From assembly GCA_963805625.1 (NCBI GenBank), contig CAWDVE010000017.1:256001-320000 (forward strand): a stretch of DNA of 64,000 nucleotides, read 5' to 3'. Positions 59,490-64,000 of this stretch are shown piece by piece. Position numbers and translations under genes: made by a program. Position 1 is the first letter of the stretch. The number at the start of each line of letters is the position of its first letter. This stretch comes from an uncultured Candidatus Rokubacteria bacterium (GTDB taxonomy: Bacteria; Methylomirabilota; Methylomirabilia; Rokubacteriales; DASRDR01). The notes beneath the pieces were generated by a model. It saw nothing but the letters and a program-made list of their open reading frames with translations. It did not search any database and was not told the DNA's origin.

Positions 59490-59702
59490 CTACGTCTTCC
59501 AGGTGCGCGCCGTGCGGTCGAGCACCTGGGTGGCGAGCAGGAGGCAGAGCCCCCCGAGCGTGAGCCAGGCCGGGTCGACGCCGTGCCACGGCTGGGTAAT
59601 CCATCCGGCCAGGACGGCCAGCGCGACGAGCGCGGTGATCCGGTCGTTCCGGGATGGCAGGCCGAGCATCTCGAGCTGGGCGTGGAGGAGGGTCGCCCGC
59701 AT
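59490..59702 (-). pseudogene. Possible SLC13/DASS transporter fragment
   Basis: QLEMLGLPSRNDRIT...GWITQPWHGVDPAW...TQVLDR; isolated two-helix fragment. Confidence 0.4.
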
Positions 59703-59843
59703 CGGGGTGGGCTCTGCCGGACGGTGGCGCCAGGCGATCCACGACAGCGCGCCCTAGAGGGAGGGGCAGGGTCTGTCAAGGCGCCCGCCGTCCCCGTCTC
59801 GGCCGGCCTCGGCAAGGCCGCGAGCCTCGCGTATCCTCGATCG

Positions 59844-61067
59844 GTGAGCCGCTCGGAGCCGTTCGACCTCGTGCTTTCGGGGTGCCGGCTGGCCCCCGAG
59901 GGCCGACCCGCCGACATCGGGATCCGCGGGGGCCGGATCGGCGCGCTCGGCGATCTCGCCGGGGCCGCCGCGCGGCTGCGTCTTGACGGGGAGAGGCGCT
60001 TCGTCGTGCCGGGCTTCGTCGATTCGCACCTCCACCTGGACAAGGCGTATCTCCTCGACCGCGCGCCGAGTCAGGAGGGAACGCTCGCGGAAGCCATCCG
60101 CGTCACCGCCGAGGCCAAGCGGACCTTCACCGTCGAGGACATCCAGGTCCGTGCCCGGAGGCTCCTCGACCGCGCCGCCGCGCTGGGCACGACGGCGATG
60201 CGCGGCCACGTGGAGGTCGATCCAATCGTGGGTCTCCGGGCCGTGGAGGCGGTCCTCCCGCTGCGCCGCGAGTACGCCGACCGCCTCGACCTTCAGGTCT
60301 GCGCCTTCGCCCAGGAGGGGATCCAGCAAGCGCCGGGGACGGAGGCCCTCCTGCGCGAGGCGCTCCGGGCCGGCGCCGACCTCGTCGGTGGGTGCCCCTA
60401 CAACGACACCGACGGCGCCGCGCACGTGGACCGCGTGTTCGCCCTCGCGCGCGAGTTCGCCTGCGACGTGGACTTCCACGCCGACTTCGCCGACGAGCCG
60501 GTGCATCGGCACGTGGAGGTGATCATCGATCGGACCGAGCGCCATGGCTGGCAAGGGCGCGTCGCGGTCGGCCACCTCACCGAGCTGGCCGCGTGCGAGG
60601 AGGCCGAGCAGGCGCGGATCGCGCGGCGGCTCCACACGGCCGGAATCGCCGTGATCACGCTGCCGGCGACCGATCTCTATCTCATGGGGCGGCGCGACAC
60701 CCGGAACGTCCGCCGGGGACTCACGCCGGTCAAACGGCTCCTCGCGGCCGGGGTGACGGTCGCCGCCGCCACGAACAACGTCCAGAACGCCTTCACGCCC
60801 GCGGGCAACGCCGATCCGCTCCTCCTCACGTACCTCCTCGTCGTCGGCGCGCACATGGGCGGGGAGACCGACATGGCGGCGGCGCTCGACATGGTCACGG
60901 TCGCGCCGGCCCGGATTCTCGGCCGCCGCGACCACGGGCTCGCGGTCGGATGTCGGGCCGATCTGGTCGTGCTCGACGCGTTGACGCTTGCGGAAACGGT
61001 CGGCGGCTTGCCGGCGCGGGCCCTCGTCGTCAAGGGCGGGCGCGTCCAGGCGCGCGCGGGCTGCTGA
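59844..61067 (+). CDS. Amidohydrolase (cytosine deaminase-like)
   Basis: PGFVDSHLHLDK, GTTAMRGH, AFAQEG and DFHAD. Confidence 0.88.
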   Translation: MSRSEPFDLVLSGCRLAPEGRPADIGIRGGRIGALGDLAGAAARLRLDGERRFVVPGFVDSHLHLDKAYLLDRAPSQEGTLAEAIRVTAEAKRTFTVEDIQVRARRLLDRAAALGTTAMRGHVEVDPIVGLRAVEAVLPLRREYADRLDLQVCAFAQEGIQQAPGTEALLREALRAGADLVGGCPYNDTDGAAHVDRVFALAREFACDVDFHADFADEPVHRHVEVIIDRTERHGWQGRVAVGHLTELAACEEAEQARIARRLHTAGIAVITLPATDLYLMGRRDTRNVRRGLTPVKRLLAAGVTVAAATNNVQNAFTPAGNADPLLLTYLLVVGAHMGGETDMAAALDMVTVAPARILGRRDHGLAVGCRADLVVLDALTLAETVGGLPARALVVKGGRVQARAGC

Positions 61068-61109
61068 GGGCCAGGCGCCTTGGGTGGCCGGACCGAGCCG
61101 GACCTCGCC

Positions 61110-61225
61110 GGACAGCGGTCCGCAGACGCCGCTCTCCGGGGCGGGCTTCAGGCTGGACTCGGTGGAGCTGCTCGAGGTCGTCGTCGCCTGCGAGTGTGAG
61201 TTCGGGATCATGTTCGACGCGACCC
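61110..61225 (+). pseudogene. Acyl carrier protein-like fragment
   Basis: PQTPLSGAGFRLDSVELLEVVVACECEFGIMFD carries the LDS phosphopantetheine motif; no clear start. Confidence 0.5.
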
Positions 61226-61377
61226 GGGACCTGGCAGCCAAGATCGCCCGGCACGAGGCGAGGTCCCGCACGGGATCGCGGTCGGAGGGCGAGGGCCCGG
61301 TCTGCTCTGCTGGTCGAGGCATACGTCCGATACCTCGCGCTGGCGCCGTGGCCGACGCCCGCAGCGGGTGGGCGCAC

Positions 61378-62747
61378 CGTCGTAGCTCATAACTGAGGGT
61401 TACCCTCCGGTTCTCGTCAGCTCAAAACTCAGGGTTACCAGCGGCATCGTCTAGGCGCCTCCAGGAGCGAGCGTTGGGAGGGGGGTGGCGATCTGGGTAT
61501 TTCCCTCGGGCCGGTGAGGGTCGGGGGCCGCGAGGGCCCAGAGTCGGTCCAGTTCGCGCTCGAGGGCACGGCGGAGCTGGAGCGGGTTGAGCGACTGATA
61601 GAGCGCCTCGAGTTCCCGGCGGACATCGGGCGCCAGGACGCCGGCGGCGCAGAGGCGCTGGTAGGGTGTCTGGGCGCGATCATAGACTCGGTGGGTCCGC
61701 GCCCCCTGCCGGGTCTTGGTCACGAGCTTCTCCACGGGCTGGAAGAAGTTGACGTGCAGGCGGGCGAGGCGGTAGACGCGCTGGAGTTGCCCATAGGCGG
61801 CGCGGGCGGTGAAGCGATCATAGCCGACGAGTTGGCGGACGACGGCGCCGTTCTTCTGCTCGACATGGGCACTGTCGTTCTTCTTCCAGGGGCGGCTGCG
61901 CGTGAAGGTGATGCGATGGCGGCGACAATACGCCAGGAGCGCGTGGTTGATGAACTCGGACCCATTGTCGCTGTCGAGGCCGACGAGCGGCATGGGCAGG
62001 CGCGTCCGGACGCGATGGACGGCGCCGCCGACGCGCGCCTGGCCCTTGCCCCAGACGGGCTCCAGTTCGATCCACGCGGTGGCGATGTCCACGGCGCAGA
62101 GGGTGCAGAGGTAGAAGCCCTCGGTGCTCGATCCACAGTGGGCGACGAGATCGACCTCGAGAAAACCGGGCTGAGCGTCATTCCACTCGCTGAAGGTGCG
62201 GATGGGGATCTCGTGCTTCAGTGCCGAGCCCGGGCGCGTGATCGTTGCGCCGCGCAGCGGGTACTGCGCACGGGCGGGCCCCAACAGCCGGGCGAGCGTG
62301 GGGCGGCTGGCCTGCCGCACGAGCTTGTCGACCGCCGGAGGAAGGGTGAGCTCGCCGCACCGGAGGAGACGGTCGAGCAGCTCCGGCACGAAGGGATGGA
62401 GCCGATGGGCGCCGATCCGGCCGCTGGCCTGCCACAGGACCGCGGCCGCGGTGGCGACGTCCGGGCCGTAGGCGCGCGGGCGCCCGCCCGGCCCAGGCGT
62501 CGCCCGGGGCCGCGGCGCGCGGCGGAGGAGTCGGATGGCGGCCTTGCGGTGGATGCCGGTGACGGCCACGACCTCGTTCAAGAGCTGGCGTTTCTCGGCC
62601 CGGGTCGCGTGCCGATAGCGCTCCCGCTGGACGGCGGCATACTCCCGAAGGCTGGCTCGCGTCACGGGTCCCTCCTCGGGTGGATTGGTAACCGTGACTT
62701 CTGAGCTACAGCCCCCTCTCTGGTAACCGAAGTTTTGAGTCGATGCG
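61378..62747 (-). mobile_element. Insertion sequence with CG termini, double subterminal repeats and 5-bp TSD
   Basis: cgcac at 61373-61377 and 62748-62752; each end carries two GGTAACC...TGAG motifs in inverted orientation. Confidence 0.75.
61451..62665 (-). CDS. rve integrase-core transposase
   Basis: PGFLEVDLVAHCG, DSDNGSEFIN and FTRSRPWKKNDSAHVEQKN; SD GAGGAGG. Confidence 0.9.
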   Translation of the reverse strand: MTRASLREYAAVQRERYRHATRAEKRQLLNEVVAVTGIHRKAAIRLLRRAPRPRATPGPGGRPRAYGPDVATAAAVLWQASGRIGAHRLHPFVPELLDRLLRCGELTLPPAVDKLVRQASRPTLARLLGPARAQYPLRGATITRPGSALKHEIPIRTFSEWNDAQPGFLEVDLVAHCGSSTEGFYLCTLCAVDIATAWIELEPVWGKGQARVGGAVHRVRTRLPMPLVGLDSDNGSEFINHALLAYCRRHRITFTRSRPWKKNDSAHVEQKNGAVVRQLVGYDRFTARAAYGQLQRVYRLARLHVNFFQPVEKLVTKTRQGARTHRVYDRAQTPYQRLCAAGVLAPDVRRELEALYQSLNPLQLRRALERELDRLWALAAPDPHRPEGNTQIATPLPTLAPGGA

Positions 62748-62752
62748 CGCAC

Positions 62753-62781
62753 TTGACAGCGGAGAGCACACGACGTAAAGT
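62753..62781 (+). promoter_or_regulatory. Sigma70 promoter of pyrR-pyrB
   Basis: TTGACA, 17-nt spacer, TAAAGT. Confidence 0.75.
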
Positions 62782-62790
62782 CCGGACCGT

Positions 62791-63524
<734 letters not shown>

Positions 63525-63541
63525 GAGGCCAAGGAGGAGGA

Positions 63542-64000
63542 ATGGGGCTCACGCGGAAGGACCTGCTGGAGATCCGGAGCCTCGAGCCCGGCGAGATCCA
63601 GACGATCCTGGACACCGCCGCCTCCATGAAGGAGATCGCCTCCCGGGAGATCAAGAAGGTCCCGGCGCTCCGCGGGAAGACGGTCATCAACCTGTTCCTC
63701 GAGCCCTCGACCCGCACCCGGACCTCGTTCGAGATCGCCGGCAAGTGGCTCTCGGCCGACGTCGTCAACGTCTCGGGGTCGTCCTCGAGCGTGGTCAAGG
63801 GCGAGACGCTCATCGACACCGCCCGGAACCTCGAGGCGATGAGTCCCGACTGCGTGGTGATTCGCCACGCGGCGTCGGGCGCGGCGCACATGCTGGCGCG
63901 GGCGCTCCGGTGCTCGGTCGTCAACGCCGGGGACGGGATGCACGAGCATCCGACCCAGGCTCTGCTCGACCTCCTGACGATCCGCGAGAAGCGGGGGCAC
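63542..64000 (+). CDS. pyrB: Aspartate carbamoyltransferase catalytic subunit (3' truncated by window edge)
   Basis: MGLTRKDLL..., [22 protein letters not shown] and [16 protein letters not shown]; absent from the ORF track on the + strand. Confidence 0.95.
   Translation, partial: MGLTRKDLLEIRSLEPGEIQTILDTAASMKEIASREIKKVPALRGKTVINLFLEPSTRTRTSFEIAGKWLSADVVNVSGSSSSVVKGETLIDTARNLEAMSPDCVVIRHAASGAAHMLARALRCSVVNAGDGMHEHPTQALLDLLTIREKRGH

Overview
High-GC bacterial chromosome window. Gene style (lpxC, an ABC substrate-binding remnant ending RADEVI, FG-GAP debris) suggests Rokubacteria/Methylomirabilota, which is inference only. The usually adjacent genes dnaJ (ends 538) and prmA-rsmE (from 43251) are separated by about 42.7 kb of accessory DNA. 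That DNA holds: (i) a translationally coupled operon mixing RiPP-type tailoring genes (PqqD/RRE with a leader-like tail, HPr-kinase-like kinase, two NTP_transf_5 nucleotidyltransferases, two GT2s) with cell-wall enzymes (MtgA, an anchorless LCP protein, and an NlpC/P60-like Cys-His peptidase fused to a nucleotidyltransferase), which is the best candidate for an undescribed system; (ii) stress genes; (iii) duplicated GT-C glycosyltransferases, SGNH proteins and an SxtJ/I/K-like carbamoyltransferase set; (iv) a CHASE2-PP2C/STAS/anti-sigma partner-switching module with FecR, OmpA, an MBL hydrolase, an Omp85 barrel and a cNMP-gated K+ channel; (v) two IS elements with clear ends and target duplications, plus gene debris. 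The right part is mostly core or metabolic: prmA, rsmE, archease, sigma54-preceded lpxC, DUF4390-ntrY-ntrX, ggt, ATP-dependent ligase and catabolic genes. A third IS sits directly against the promoter of the PyrR-attenuated pyrR-pyrB operon. No tRNA, rRNA or CRISPR array was seen. Family assignments come from motif recognition by eye, not from database searches.
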